Source: Cyanophora paradoxa CCMP329
Lineage: Eukaryota; Plantae; Glaucophyta
Reading direction: 5' to 3'
NCBI GenBank assembly: GCA_004431415.1
Contig: QPMI01000359.1
Coordinates: 1-48,276 of the forward strand
DNA length: 48,276 nt
Shown here: one piece after another, positions 31,701 through 45,356 of the stretch
Layout of the letters: every line of letters starts with the position of its first letter
Position numbering within the stretch: the stretch's first letter is position 1
Made by a program: the position numbers and the translations under genes
Notes under the pieces: model-generated
What the model was told of the DNA's origin: nothing
The model's database searches: none
Seen by the model: the letters and a program-made list of their open reading frames with translations, nothing else

Positions 31701-34700
31701 GAGGCGAGGGCGGAGGGGAGAGCTCGAAGTACTCGAGGGGCCGCTCGAGCTCGCCGCCGTCGCGAGGCTCGCCGGCGCCGTCTCCGCCCGAAGGAGCCGG
31801 CCATGCCCCCGGCCCCCGCCCCCGGCCCCTCCTTCCCCTCCACGCTCCCCGCCCCGCTCCCGCGCCGCCAGACCCCCGAGCGGCTGCGGCCGGCGCCGCG
31901 CTCGGCCCTCTCGTCGCCGCCGGCGGGGCCGGGGAGGTACTGCGAGGAGCGGCGCGGCGCGGGGCCGGGTCCGGCGTCGAGGGAGGCGGTGGAGGCGCGC
32001 GCAAGGAAGGGCCGCGCGCCGGCCCCCGGCCCCGCCTCGCCCTCCTCCTCCGCCTCGAGGGCGGGCGAGGGCGAGGGGAGGGCGAGGGGGAAGGGGAGGG
32101 GGCGCCGGCTCGACGCGGACGCTGCGGCCCGGGGCGATGGATGCGAGGCCGCGGAGGGAGAAGGGGCGCCGCCCCGTCCGCGCCGCGGCGGGCCCGGGGA
32201 GAGGGGCCCGCCCTTGGGCCTGCGCGCGCGGGGCCGGGCACTCAGAGGCGCTCGGGGGCACGGCGTGGAGGGGCCGGCGCGGACGAGTCGGAGGAAGAGG
32301 CCGGGAGGAGGATGCCCGAGTTGAGGGGGCGCGCGCCGGCCCAGCGCCCGGTCGCGGGGCCGGGGAGGCGAGGAGGACGCTCGGGAGGGGCGAGCGGAGG
32401 GACTTGAGGTGGGGCGTGCGCGCCGGCGCCGGGCCGCGCGCGCGCTCCTCCTGCGCCGCCGTCAGCGCCGCCTCGCGGGGGCGGGCAAAGTGTCGGGGGC
32501 GGGCCTCGCAGGCGTCGGCCTGGTCGAAGAGGGCCGCCGCTGCCGCCTCGTCGTTCAGCACCTCCGCCTGGAACCGCCCGAACGCTGCCCGGCCCCGGCC
32601 GTTAGAGCGCGCGAGGGCGCAGCGGCTCGAGGAGAGGCGGGGACCGCGGAGGATGCGGGGGGCGCGGGGGTGCCGGAGGAGGAGGGCGCGGTAGTGGGCG
32701 CGGGCCCTGCGCTCCGCCGCGTCGATGCGCGCCAGCGTCTCCTCCAGCGCCCGCACGTCCACCTGGCCCCGGCCCTCGCGCCCGCCCGGGCCGAGGCGGG
32801 GCGGGGCGGCGGGGCCGGCACCTCGCCGGCGGCGGGGCGACCAAGGACCAGAAGCGGCGGAGGCCGCGCGACGCGAGGCGGTGGAACTGCGGCCGCAGGC
32901 ACCGGTCAGGACGGAATGCGCGGGTGCAGGCGCGAGGCTCGCTCGCCCGGCGTGCGCCCTGCAGGTTGCTCGTGTACTCAATGTGCTGGATCTGCCCGGG
33001 CGGGGCGGGGGCGTCAGAGGGCGGGGCGGAACGTGAAGGGTGGGGCGGGCGGGCGGGGCCAGGCGGGGCGGACGAGGTCGGAGGAGGGGTCGCCCCCGAC
33101 GGCGAGGGCCTGCGCCTCCTGCTGCCGCTGCAGCGTGAACCGGTACACCAGGAAGCTGAAGCCCGTCGGCCTCAGCGGGGCGCGGGCAGGGCGCGCGGGG
33201 GGCAGGGCAGGGCGGGGCCGACCGGTGGTCGAAGGCGGGGGCGAGGGCGGCGGCCTGCCGCACGCGCTCGTGCGCCAGCTCCGGCGAGCGGCGGAAGGCC
33301 GCGCAGAACTGTGGCCCGCCGGCGTCGCGCGGCGGCGGCGGCGGGGCGCTCGCGGCGGGCTGCGGCACCTGGGCGTAGGCGAGGAGGACGGCGGCGGAGG
33401 CGGGGAAGCGCTCGAGCCCCGCCCGGTACACGCCCTCGGCCGCCTCCACCGCCTCCGGGTCCTCCGGCCGCTCGTACGCGAACCGCGCGGCGATCTGCGC
33501 GCGAGGCCGCCGCCTCAGCGGCCGGCGCGGCGGCGCGGCGGGGCGCGCGGGCCTCGACGTGCAGCGGGCGCCTGAGGCGCTGGACGGCGGCGGGGCCGGC
33601 GGCGGGGCGGCAGAAGGCGAGGCGGTAGCGGGCGAGGCTGGCGGCGGCGCCGGCGGCGGCGGCGGCGGGGAGGCCGGCGAGCATGGCGTAGGGGAGGCCC
33701 GGGAGGGCGTAGCGGGCCTGGAGGGCGCAGAGGAGGGCGGCGTAGGCGAAGGCGGCGTGGAGGGCGGTGAAGAAGGCGTTGGCGGCGGGGCGGTGGTAGG
33801 GGAAGAACTCGAGGAAGAGGGCCACGTGGAGGGCCCCGCTCCCGGTGAAGGCCAGCGGGAGGGCCTCCCGCGGCAGCGCCGCCCCCGCGTTCGCCAGGCA
33901 CGAGAGGCCGGCGTTGCACGCGAAGGTCAGCGCGTCCACCCGCGAGTGCGGCCTGCCGGCACCGGCGAGAGGTCGGCGGCGGGGCGGAGGAGGCGGGAGG
34001 AGGGGCGGGGCGGGGACCGGGAGAGGGGGTCGGGGCGGCCGTCGGGGCCCGGGCGGAAGAAGTCGTCCTCGAAGACGAGGAGCTGCGGGAGGAGGACGAG
34101 GGCGGTGAAGGCCAGCGCCGCCGCCCCGCCCGCCCCCGCCAGCCCCGCGTGCCCGCCCCGCCAGCACTCCACCCCCTCGAAGTACGCGTGCCTGCCCCCG
34201 GCCCCGCCCCGTCAGCCGCAGCTCGCCCCCCGGCTCCAGCGGCGGGGCGGGGCGGGGCGGGGGCGGGGGCGGGGGCGGGCCGGGAGACGCCGTCGGGCCC
34301 CGGGAGGCCGCAGTTGAAGGTGGCGGAGAAGACGGAGAGGAGGGGCATGTACAAGAGGCGCGCGAAGGGCCCCACGAAGACCCGCAGGAACTGGGCCCCG
34401 CCCCCCGCCCCCGGTCGGCCCGGCGCGAGCGAGGCGCGCCGCGAGGATCTAGAGGCGCGGGGGCCCGGCACCTTGAGGGGGGCGATGAAGGAGAAGCGGT
34501 GGCGGGCGAAGGAGAGGCCGACGTGGAGGGCAGTGAGGAGGGAGAGGGCGACGGCGGCGCAGGCCGCGTAGAAGAGCGCCGCGAAGCTCCCGAAGGCCAT
34601 CCCCGACAGGCGGAAGGGCACCGCCGCCCGCAGCACCCGCTGCACCGGCTCCGCCTGCGCCCGCTCGCCGTCGGCTCGCGCAGCGCGCTGGGGGGGGGAG

Positions 34701-35465
34701 GGGGGGCGGGGGCCGGAGGCACCCAGGAGCCCAGGCCGCCCCAGTCGAAGAGGGCCAGGGGGAAGAGGAGGTACTGTGCCCGCCCTCGCCGTCTCCGCGC
34801 GGCGCGGCGCGCGAGAGAGGCGCCGACGGTGTGGGGAGCACCTGGATCGAGACGAAGGCGACCTCAGCCAGCACCCAGCGCGCCCGCCGCCGCTCCCCCA
34901 TCTGAGCCCGCCCCCAGCCCCTTCGGCGCGCGCTCGCGAGCTCGAGGCACGAGGGGGTGCGGATGACCTTCATGACCGCGGCTATCCCGAAGCAGGTTTC
35001 CTGCGGGGGAGCGCGCGCGCCGGTCAGCTGCGCGGCCCGGAGGCCTGCAGCTGCCTGCCTGCGCGGAAGCCTGGGCGGTCGTGCCTGGAAGACGCGGGAG
35101 GCCTCGTTGACTCCGAAGGAGACGGAATCGCTGCCGCTGCCCTCGTGCGACCCATCCTCGTCCCGCCCCACCACTGCGCAACCCGGCCGGCCGGCGCGCC
35201 GGCGGGTGAGCGCGCGCTCGCGCGTGGGCCGGCGCCCCGGGCCGGGGGCCGGGGGCGATGCTGGCGAAACGGCGCGCCGCATGCAGGCATAGCCGGCGCG
35301 TACCGGAGCCCTCAGCAGCTGCCCGCTCCAGCGCTGGCGGGGATGTCGACGCGTACGCGTACGACGTCGACATGGCCATCGGCCGGCGCCGCACGCGCGT
35401 ACCAGCTTGCTCCTCTCGCTGCGGCTGCCTGCTAGCGCAGCTGTCAGGCACTCATCATCTCGCAT
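28730..35465 (-). CDS. TmcB/TmcC-like multi-pass membrane protein with TPR-like region, copy 1; start uncertain
   Basis: N-terminal TM bundle (..RPHSRVD..FFPYHRPAAN..), helical region (VYRAGLERFP..LLAYAQF..DHRFLVY..EYTSNL..RFWSL..HYRALLLRHP..LRAFGRF..VLNDE..LFDQADACE), further TM blocks, and a C-terminal YLFVFRRIVADLTDESRR-TVFMFLMLP-EVIE motif. The family is recognised from memory. No PAS domain was seen. Confidence 0.7.
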
Positions 35466-35973
35466 GACTTGGTGATGACGTCCGCGTCCATGGCAGCTCC
35501 TCCATAGCAGAGTATTGTCGCGCATGATTGATTGCTGCGAGCGCGAGCGCGGTGATCTCACTGGAACCGCGCGGTAGCATAGTGCGAGCTCAGCGTGCAG
35601 GCCGCTGCGCGGCGCATCGCTGTCGACGTCCTGGAGCCGTCTCCTCGGTGTTACCGTACCCCTAGCGCCTCGTTCGGCTGGCGTCTGAATGACGCGGGTT
35701 CGATACCAACAAGGATTCGCTTCGATCGAGGCGCCCGCTGCCTGAGCCTCCTCTTGCACGCGTTGGATGACCTGCTGGATCGATTCCCTCTAGATCTGCA
35801 CATGTACAGCGCCAGCTCTAGCTGAGAGCGCGTGCCGCGCACTTTCCAGCTGCTCATTACGCCGCTCTGCAGGTGGCCGGCTTCTGCTCGGGCGAGCAGG
35901 GGGCGCTCTAGCTAGCGGCCCAGCGCGCTTCCAGCCGCAGCGGCAGGGGCCCGCGCGAGCGGCGCCGCTCGCG

Positions 35974-37140
35974 ATGGCGGCCAGTGGGGCGGAGGAGGCG
36001 GCGGGCCTCCCGCTCGCCTTTGCGGGCGACTCGAGGGCGGCAGCGGCGACGAGGCGGCCGACCGCGAGGCATCGGCGCAGGAGGAGGCGCGGGCCGCCCG
36101 GCGGGCCCTCTGCCCCACCTGCCGGCGCATCGTCGGTGCGGGAAGTGCCCCCCGCGTCGCCCCGCCCGGCCCGCCCCGCCCCGGCCCGCCCCGCTGACGG
36201 CCCGGGCCGCAGCGAACTGCATCTGCGCGGCGCTGCCGGCGGAGCGGCCGCTGCCGCTGGGCCGCGCCGCCGGCATGCGCATCCTCATCCTGCAGGCGCC
36301 TTCCGCCCCCCCCTTTGCCTCCCCCGAGGCCGCCGGGCGCCGCCTGACCTGCCCGGCGCGCAGCACCCCGCCGAGGCGAAGGAGTTCAAGAACACGTGAG
36401 CCGCCCCGCCCGCCCCTCGCCCCTTTCATTTCCCGCCCCGCCGCGCGCCCGAGCGCGCCGGGCGGGGCGCAGGGTGGGGATCCTGGAGCTGTGCCTGCCG
36501 GAGGGGGCGGTGGTGGTGCGGAGGGGCAAGCTGTTCGGGCCGCGGAACTGCCCGGAGCTGCCCGAGGTCCTCGCCGCCGCCGCCGCCGGCCGCGCCTTCC
36601 TCCTCTTCCCCGACGACACCGCCTGTACCCCCGCCGACCTCGCCCCCCCGTCCGGCCCCGGCGGGCCCGCCTCCTCCCCCCGCCCCATCGACTGGCTCGT
36701 CGTCCTCGACGGTACCCCTGCGTCTCCTTTTCGATCCCGGCAGCCGCCCGATTCGCGTACCCCGGCAGGGACGTGGACGGCGTGCAAGCGGATGTTCCGG
36801 GGCAACGCGGAGCGCCTCGCGCCGCTGCGGAGGCTCGCGATCGACGCCGCGGGGCCCTCACGCCACCGCATCCGCGTCCAGCCCCAGGCGCGTACCCCCC
36901 TCTTTTCAAACCCCCCCCCCTAATCTCTCTGTGCAGGAGGGGTACCTGTGCACGCTGGAGGCGGTGGCGGTGGTGCTGGCGGCGGTGGAGGGCGGCGAGG
37001 CGGGCGAGCGGCTCGCCGCGGGCCTCCTCCGGCCCCTCGACGCCGTCTGCGCCACGTGGGCCGCCAACGCCGGCTGGGGCCACCCGGGCGAGCTCGAGGA
37101 CGGGGGCGGGGGCGGCGCGGGGAGGGGCGAGCCCAGCTAG
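35974..37140 (+). CDS. DTWD2: DTW-domain protein, copy 2 (apparent 1-nt frameshift in a G-run at ~36035)
   Basis: Colinear with copy 1. It differs by A->V (AVAVVL), GED->GELED and several intron-5 substitutions. It reads TCGAGGGCGG where copies 1 and 3 read TCGAGGGGCGG. Confidence 0.75.
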
Positions 37141-37813
37141 TATGTGAAGCTTAGCTTCTCTTCAATGACATGCATATGGCCGCTGAAGCGCTTTCCGAAG
37201 TCCTGGAAGCACCTTTCTATAGCTCTTAGAAGCTCAAGTTGTGCTGGCCGTGGCGGCGGTGTCACGGTGGCTTGGGGCCCTCCCTTTCCCCCCCTCCTCC
37301 CCTCCGCTCTCGTGCCCTCCTCTCCGGATCCAGGCCTTGGGAGTGGCGCCCGCCATTATACAATACACCCATTTACAATGTGCACAAATCGCGGTCGGCT
37401 ACACGTACAGGCAGAATGCTACGTCACTCGGCTCGGGAAACTACAGTACAGCTACAGATGCAGGCCACATGTGCAGCTCCACACACTCCATGATGCAGTG
37501 TACCGTTAGTACTATAGCTAGTGCTAGTCGACGTCATTGCTATAGCTAGCTCCAACACAGATTCTCATCCGCCTACTGCGCGTGTGTACAACAAAACCTA
37601 TTGAATTCAGTCGGGCTAATCGAGAAAAACAATTGAAAGCCACATTACAAAATCGATGTCAGAGGACATCGCAAAAATCCTATATAGCTAGCTGAATTCG
37701 AAGTTACTAGGCTAGCTCGTATAGTACGCCTCAAACAGTGCGTTTCAAACAGATCATGAAAATGTTTGTGATGATCGCAGCGAATTCGAAGGTCTCGAAT
37801 GATAAAAGAGGCC

Positions 37814-40800
37814 CTAGGCGTCGGAGGCGGCGACGCTGCGCGGGGCCCGGGTGAGGAGGCAGCGCGGGGCGGGGCCGGGGCGGGGGCGCGCCGGGCGAGG
37901 AGGCGGGAGAGGTGCGCCTTGATGGCCGGCGTCGCCTCGATCACCTGCGCATGCGCCCCCGCGCGTCGCGCCCGGGCCCCAGCTCGCCGGCAAGGGCGGG
38001 CGGGGCGGGACACGGGGGCCGGCGGCTCGCCTCGGGGGGCAGCATGAGGAACATGAAGACCGTCCTGCCGCGCCCCGGGGCCCGTCAGAGGGGCGGGGGC
38101 GGGGGCGGGGGCAGTGCGAAAAGCTTCGGGAGGGGGCGCGCCGGCGCGACTCGTCGGTGAGGTCGGCGACGATGCGGCGGAAGACGAAGAGGTACCTGCG
38201 CGGCGGGGGGCGGGGCGGGGTCGGCCCGGGGCGCAGCAGCGGGGCGGGGGCGGGGGCGGGGGGCGGGACTCGAGGAGGAGGGCGGCGAGGATGAGGGCGA
38301 AGAAGGCGGCCTGCAGGCCCGCGAAGGCGCGCAGGCGGGCCGTGCCCTCCTCCACGTACAGGTCCCAAGCGAGGCCAGCGCCGGCTGCAGCGCCGGCACG
38401 TTCGCCCGCGCGAGCAGCCGCAGCGCAGGGGACGAGGGCGGCAGGGCCTCGGGCCCCGGGGCGGCGGCGGCGAGGCCGGCCGCCTCGACGAAGCGGAGGA
38501 GCAGCGCCTCGAGGCCGCTCGCGAAGAGCTCCGGCGCCCCCGCGCACTCCCCTGCCCCGCCCCGCCGCCGCTGTGAGCGCGGAGCCTTTGCGCGGGGTCG
38601 ACGCCGGCGCACCGGGGTCGACGTTGAGGCAGGTCTTGCGGAAGAGGAGCTGCGGCGGGGCGTGAGCGCCGCCGGCCGAGGGGGAGGGGCTAAGAGCGGG
38701 GTGCGGGGCGGACGGCGTCGACGGGGGCGTAGCGGTGGAGGGAGCCCGGGAGGCCCTCCGACGCGTTCCCGAAGAGCAGGCTCGAGTGCACCGAGCGGAG
38801 CTGCGCGAAGTCTCGGGGAAGGACGCGCGGGGGGCGAGGGGCGGGGCGGGGCGGGGGCACGAGCTGGAGGTAGGCGGCGGCGTGGCGGGCGTGCTCGTGG
38901 AAGGCGTCGGGGCGGGTGGCGGCGCGGCGGGCGTGGAAGTGGATGGCGAGGGGCAGGGAGCGGGCGAGGCCGGCGAAGTTGCGCTCCTTGGAGAAGAACT
39001 CGCTGGCCGCCGCCGCCTGCATGCCCGCCCCGAACCACGCGAGGAAGAGGAGGAAGAGGAGCAGGAAGGCCGCCCCGTACTGCACCGTCGCCCCCGCCGG
39101 CCGCCCCGCCCCGCGCCCCAGCCGCCCCCGCAGCGTTTTGACGAGGCGGGCGAGGCGCCCCGGCGGGGGGGGCGGGAGGGAGCCGCGGCGCCGGGGGAGG
39201 CGGAGGGCGGCGCCCGCCGCGGCCCGAGCCGGGGCGGGGGCGGGGCGGGGGCGGCGGCGGCGGGGTCCTCGACCTCGTCTGCAGGCAGCCGGTCAGAGAC
39301 AGGGGCAGGAGGGGCCGGGGGCCGGGGGGACGGAGCGGGCCGGGGGTACCCTCGAGGTCGGCGAGGACGTCGGCGCAGTCGCTCTCGTCGGAGGCGGCGC
39401 CGGGGCCGGGGCCCTCGCCGGGAGCGCCCCGCCCCGCGATCAGCGCCCGGGGGATCCCCCGGAAGAGCGCTGCGCCGGCCGGCCGCCCGCTAGAATCAGC
39501 GGGGAGAGGGGGGTGGGGGGTGGGGGCGCGGGGTACCGAGGGCGGCCTGCTTCTCGCGGTGGACGGCGGCGACGGTGGGGCGGAGGACGCCGAGCGCGAG
39601 GGCGGCGAGGAGGAGGCTCACGCCGGCGAACATGCCGACGAGGAAGAAGCGGATGCGCTGGAAGGACGAGTACGCCCCCCGCTCCACCTCCGCCGTCGCC
39701 GCCACGAACGCCCCGTACAGGCTCACCGCTGCCCGCACCGCCTCGGCTCTCGGCGCGGGCGCGGGGCTTGGGCGGGCGCGAGGAGGGGCGGGGCACCGTT
39801 GCTGTGGAGGAAGAAGAGCTCGCGGTCGAGGGAGCCGTCGCGGAGCTCGGCGAGGGGCGCCCGCGCCACGCGCCGCGCGTGCGAGACGAGCTCGAGGGCG
39901 GCACCCCAGAGGGGCTCCAGGCTCCGCCGCGGGGCCCCGCCGCCCTCGGGGGGCAGCGCGAGGATCGGCACCGACGGCTCCGCGTCCATCGTCAGCCGCA
40001 CGCTCCGCGAGAGCTGCCCCGGCCCCTCAGAGGCGGCCGGGCCGGGCCGGGCCGGGGCGGGGCGGGCCTGGAGGTGGAAGCGCTCCATGTCGTCGGCGGC
40101 GCGGGCGAGGCGGGCGCGGGAGGCGGCCTCGAGGGTCCCCGCGGGGTCCCACGCCGCGTCCCCCGCTAGCAGCAGATCCTCCGCGAAGAACGCCGCCTGC
40201 AAACGAAGGTGAAGGGGGGCGGGGGACTGGGAGGGGGGAGGGCCGGCGCGCCTCGTAGGTGAGGCGGCGGCGGTTGCCCGAGTCGCCCGTCCGCACGATC
40301 CCCTCCGCGCTGCCGCCCGTGAGCTGCGGGACCGGCGGCGGGGGGGCGAGGGGGCGGCGGGGGCCGCACAAGGCGTCGAGGAGGGCGGAGATGCCGAGGA
40401 AGGAGCCGACGGCGACGGCGCAGACGGCGGCCAGGCTCGCCAGCAGCGCCCGCCGCGCCAGCCGGATCGAGCCCGCCCGCGCCCCCGGCGCCCCCGCGAT
40501 CCGCCGCTTGATCGCCCCCAGCGCTCCAGCCGCCGCCGCTCCCCGCTCCTCGGCGACTCCGCCGCCGCCGCCGCCGCGGGGAGGCCGCGGCCGTCGGGCC
40601 GGGGCCCAGCGCTAGCGCGGCTGCGGAGACGGGGCGCGAGGCGGGGCGGGGGCGGGGGCCGGGCCGAGGCCCGAGTCGAGGCTGACGACGCGGGGACGGG
40701 GGCGAGGGCGCCGGCGGGCCCGGGGCCCGGGCGGCTTGGCGGCCTCGCCGGCCTGCTCGGGCGGGGCGGAGCTGGCGCGGCGGGAGGCGAGGGCGGAGGG

Positions 40801-43800
40801 GGAGAGCTCGAAGTACTCGAGGGGGCCGCTCGAGCTCGCCGCCGTCGCGAGGCTCGCCGGCGCCGTCTCCGCCCCGAAGGAGCCGGCCATGCCCCCGGCC
40901 CCCGCCCCCGGCCCCTCCTTCCCCTCCACGCTCCCCGCCCCGCTCCGCGCCGCCAGACCCCGAGCGGCTGCGGCCGGCGCCGCGCTCGGCCCTCTCGTCG
41001 CCGCCGGCGGGCCGGGGAGGTACTGCGAGGAGCGGCGCGGCGCGGGCCGGGTCCGGCGTCGAGGGAGGCGGTGGAGGCGCGCGCAAGGAAGGGCCGCGCG
41101 CCGGCCCCCGGCCCCGCCTCGCCCTCCTCCTCCGCCTCGAGGGCGGGCGAGGGCGAGGGGGAGGGCGAGGGGGAAGGGGAGGGGGGCGCCGGCTCGACGC
41201 GGACGCTGCGGCCCGGGGCGATGGATGCGAGGCCGCGGAGGGAGAAGGGGCGCCGCCCCGTCCGCGCCGCGGCGGGCCCCGGGGAGAGGGGCCCGCCCTT
41301 GGGCCTGCGCGCGCGGGGGCCGGGGCACTCAGAGGCGCTCGGGGGGCACGGCGTGGAGGGGCCGGCGCGGACGAGTCGGAGGAAGAGGCCGGGAGGAGGA
41401 TGCCCGAGTTGAGGGGGCGCGCGCCGGCCAGCGCCCGGTCGCGGGGGCCGGGGAGGCGAGGAGGACGCTCGGGAGGGGCGAGCGGAGGGACTTGAGGTGG
41501 GGCGTGCGCGCCGGCGCCGGGCCGCGCGCGCGCTCCTCCTGCGCCGCCGTCAGCGCCGCCTCGCGGGGGCGGGCAAAGTGTCGGGGGCGGGCCTCGCAGG
41601 CGTCGGCCTGGTCGAAGAGGGCCGCCGCTGCCGCCTCGTCGTTCAGCACCTCCGCCTGGAACCGCCCGAACGCTGCCCGGCCCGGCCGTTAGAGCGCGCG
41701 AGGCGCAGCGGCTCGAGGAGAGGCGGGGACCGCGGAGGATGCGGGGGGCGCGGGGGTGCCGGAGGAGGAGGGCGCGGTAGTGGGCGCGGGCCCTGCGCTC
41801 CGCCGCGTCGATGCGCGCCAGCGTCTCCTCCAGCGCCCGCACGTCCACCTGGCCCCGGCCCCTCGCGCCCGCCCGGGCCGAGGCGGGGCGGGGGCGGCGG
41901 GGCCGGCACCTCGCCGGCGGCGGGGGCGACCAAGGACCAGAAGCGGCGGAGGCCGCGCGACGCGAGGCGGTGGAACTGCGGCCGCAGGCACCGGTCAGGA
42001 CGGAATGCGCGGGTGCAGGCGCGAGGCTCGCTCGCCCGGCGTGCGCCCTGCAGGTTGCTCGTGTACTCAATGTGCTGGATCTGCCCGGGCGGGGCGGGGG
42101 CGTCAGAGGGCGGGGCGGAACGTGAAGGGTGGGGCGGGGCGGGCGGGGCCAGGCGGGGGCGGACGAGGTCGGAGGAGGGGTCGCCCCCGACGGCGAGGGC
42201 CTGCGCCTCCTGCTGCCGCTGCAGCGTGAACCGGTACACCAGGAAGCTGAAGCCCGTCGGCCTCAGCGGGGCGCGGGCAGGGCGCGCGGGGGGCAGGGCA
42301 GGGCGGGGCCGACCGGTGGTCGAAGGCGGGGGCGAGGGCGGCGGCCTGCCGCACGCGCTCGTGCGCCAGCTCCGGCGAGCGGCGGAAGGCCGCGCAGAAC
42401 TGTGGCCCGCCGGCGTCGCGCGGCGGCGGCGGCGGGGCGCTCGCGGCGGGCTGCGGCACCTGGGCGTAGGCGAGGAGGACGGCGGCGGAGGCGGGGAAGC
42501 GCTCGAGCCCGCCCGGTACACGCCCTCGGCCGCCTCCACCGCCTCCGGGTCTCCGGCCGCTCGTACGCGAACCGCGCGGCGATCTGCGCGCGAGGCCGCC
42601 GCCTCAGCGGCCGGCGCGGCGGCGCGGCGGGGCGCGCGGGCCTCGACGTGCAGCGGGCGCCTGAGGCGCTGGACGGCGGCGGGGCCGGCGGCGGGGCGGC
42701 AGAAGGCGAGGCGGTAGCGGGCGAGGCTGGCGGCGGCGCCGGCGGCGGCGGCGGCGGGAGGCCGGCGAGCATGGCGTAGGGGAGGCCCGGGAGGGCGTAG
42801 CGGGCCTGGAGGGCGCAGAGGAGGGCGGCGTAGGCGAAGGCGGCGTGGAGGGCGGTGAAGAAGGCGTTGGCGGCGGGGCGGTGGTAGGGGAAGAACTCGA
42901 GGAAGAGGGCCACGTGGAGGGCCCCGCTCCGGTGAAGGCCAGCGGGAGGGCCTCCCGCGGCAGCGCCGCCCCGCGTTCGCCAGGCACGAGAGGCCGGCGT
43001 TGCACGCGAAGGTCAGCGCGTCCACCCGCGAGTGCGGCCTGCCGGCACGGCGAGAGGTCGGCGGCGGGGCGGAGGAGGCGGGAGGAGGGGCGGGGCGGGG
43101 ACCGGGAGAGGGGTCGGGGCGGCCGTCGGGCCCGGGCGGAAGAAGTCGTCCTCGAAGACGAGGAGCTGCGGAGGAGGACGAGGGCGGTGAAGGCCAGCGC
43201 CGCCGCCCCGCCCGCCCCGCCAGCCCCGCGTGCCCGCCCCGCCAGCACTCCACCCCTCGAAGTACGCGTGCCTGCCCCCGGCCCCGCCCCGTCAGCCGCA
43301 GCTCGCCCCCGGCTCCAGCGGCGGGGCGGGGCGGGGCGGGGCGGGGCGGGGCGGGCCGGGAGACGCCGTCGGCCCCGGGAGGCCGCAGTTGAAGGTGGCG
43401 GAGAAGACGGAGAGGAGGGCATGTACAAGAGGCGCGCGAAGGGCCCACGAAGACCCGCAGGAACTGGGCCCCGCCCCCGCCCCCGGTCGGCCCGGCGCGA
43501 GCGAGGCGCGCCGCGAGGATCTAGAGGCGCGGGGGCCCGGCACCTTGAGGGGGGCGATGAAGGAGAAGCGGTGGCGGGCGAAGGAGAGGCCGACGTGGAG
43601 GGCAGTGAGGAGGGAGAGGCGACGGCGGCGCAGGCCGCGTAGAAGAGCGCCGCGAAGCTCCCGAAGGCCATCCCCGACAGGCGGAAGGGCACCGCCGCCC
43701 GCAGCACCCGCTGCACCGGCTCCGCCTGCGCCCGCTCGCCGTCGGCTCGCGCAGCGCGCTGGGGGGGGAGGGGGGCGGGGGCCGGAGGCACCCAGGAGCC

Positions 43801-44530
43801 CAGGCCGCCCCAGTCGAAGAGGGCCAGGGGGAAGAGGAGGTACTGTGCCCGCCCTCGCCGTCTCCGCGCGGCGCGGCGCGCGAGAGAGGCGCCGACGGTG
43901 TGGGGAGCACCTGGATCGAGACGAAGGCGACCTCAGCCAGCACCCAGCGCGCCCGCCGCCGCTCCCCCATCTGAGCCCGCCCCCAGCCCCTTCGGCGCGC
44001 GCTCGCGAGCTCGAGGCACGAGGGGGTGCGGATGACCTTCATGACCGCGGCTATCCCGAAGCAGGTTTCCTGCGGGGAGCGCGCGCGCCGGTCAGCTGCG
44101 CGGCCCGGAGGCCTGCAGCTGCCTGCCTGCGCGGAAGCCTGGGCGGTCGTGCCTGGAAGACGCGGGAGGCCTCGTTGACTCCGAAGGAGACGGAATCGCT
44201 GCCGCTGCCCTCGTGCGACCCATCCTCGTCCCGCCCCACCACTGCGCAACCCGGCCGGCCGGCGCGCCGGCGGGTGAGCGCGCGCTCGCGCGTGGGCCGG
44301 CGCCCGGGCCGGGGCCGGGGGCGATGCTGGCGAAACGGCGCGCCGCATGCAGGCATAGCCGGCGCGTACCGGAGCCCTCAGCAGCTGCCCGCTCCAGCGC
44401 TGGCGGGATGTCGACGCGTACGCGTACGACGTCGACATGGCCATCGGCCGGCGCCGCACGCGCGTACCAGCTTGCTCCTCTCGCTGCGGCTGCCTGCTAG
44501 CGCAGCTGTCAGGCACTCATCATCTCGCAT
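37814..44530 (-). CDS. TmcB/TmcC-like protein, copy 2 (many 1-nt indels in G/C runs; sequencing error or pseudogene)
   Basis: Near-identical to 28730-35465 apart from homopolymer-length differences, e.g. GGTCCCCAAG (29271) vs GGTCCCAAG (38361). Confidence 0.6.
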
Positions 44531-45036
44531 GACTTGGTGATGACGTCCGCGTCCATGCAGCTCCTCCATAGCAGAGTATTGTCGCGCATGATTGATTGCT
44601 GCGAGCGCGAGCGCGGTGATCTCACTGGAACCGCGCGGTAGCATAGTGCGAGCTCAGCGTGCAGGCCGCTGCGCGGCGCATCGCTGTCGACGTCCTGGAG
44701 CCGTCTCCTCGGTGTTACCGTACCCTAGCGCCTCGTTCGGCTGGCGTCTGAATGACGCGGGTTCGATACCAACAAGGATTCGCTTCGATCGAGGCGCCCG
44801 CTGCCTGAGCCTCCTCTTGCACGCGTTGGATGACCTGCTGGATCGATTCCCTCTAGATCTGCACATGTACAGCGCCAGCTCTAGCTGAGAGCGCGTGCCG
44901 CGCACTTTCCAGCTGCTCATTACGCCGCTCTGCAGGTGGCCGGCTTCTGCTCGGGCGAGCAGGGGGCGCTCTAGCTAGCGGCCCAGCGCGCTTCCAGCCG
45001 CAGCGGCAGGGGCCCGCGCGAGCGGCGCCGCTCGCG

Positions 45037-45356
45037 ATGGCGGCCAGTGGGGCGGAGGAGGCGGCGGGCCTCCCGCTCGCCTTTGCGGGCGACTCGAGGG
45101 GCGGCAGCGGCGACGAGGCGGCCGACCGCGAGGCATCGGCGCAGGAGGAGGCGCGGGCCGCCCGGCGGGCCCTCTGCCCCACCTGCCGGCGCATCGTCGG
45201 TGCGGGAAGTGCCCCCCGCGTCGCCCCGCCCGGCCCCGCCCGCCCGGCCCGCCCCGCTGACGGCCCGGGCCGCAGCGAACTGCATCTGCGCGGCGCTGCC
45301 GGCGGAGCGGCCGCTGCCGCTGGGCCGCGCCGCCGGCTAGGGACGAGCCCAGCTAG
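45037..45356 (+). pseudogene. DTW copy 3, internally deleted (~840 bp)
   Basis: Matches copy 1 up to ...GCCGCCGGC (27197 equivalent), then has an in-frame TAG (45338-45340) and jumps to the last codons GAGCCCAGCTAG. A diverged 3' flank stays homologous to about 45730. Confidence 0.85.

Larger units (their letters stand above)
26715..45337. repeat. Tandem segmental duplication, period ~9.07 kb (two full units plus the start of a third)
   Basis: DTW ATGs at 26897, 35974 and 45037 (spacings 9077 and 9063). The intervening sequence, including the AT-rich spacers 28057-28730 and 37141-37814, is near-identical. Confidence 0.95.

Noticed and set aside
30487-33449. Very long Arg/Pro/Gly/Ala-rich ORFs on both strands (also 5127-7169 and 11830-13401)
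   Set aside because: Expected at this GC content. They read through introns or lie antisense to real genes.
35690-35715. GGTTCGATACC B-box/T-loop-like motif (also at ~44760)
   Set aside because: No T-stem pairing, acceptor stem or A-box; not a tRNA.
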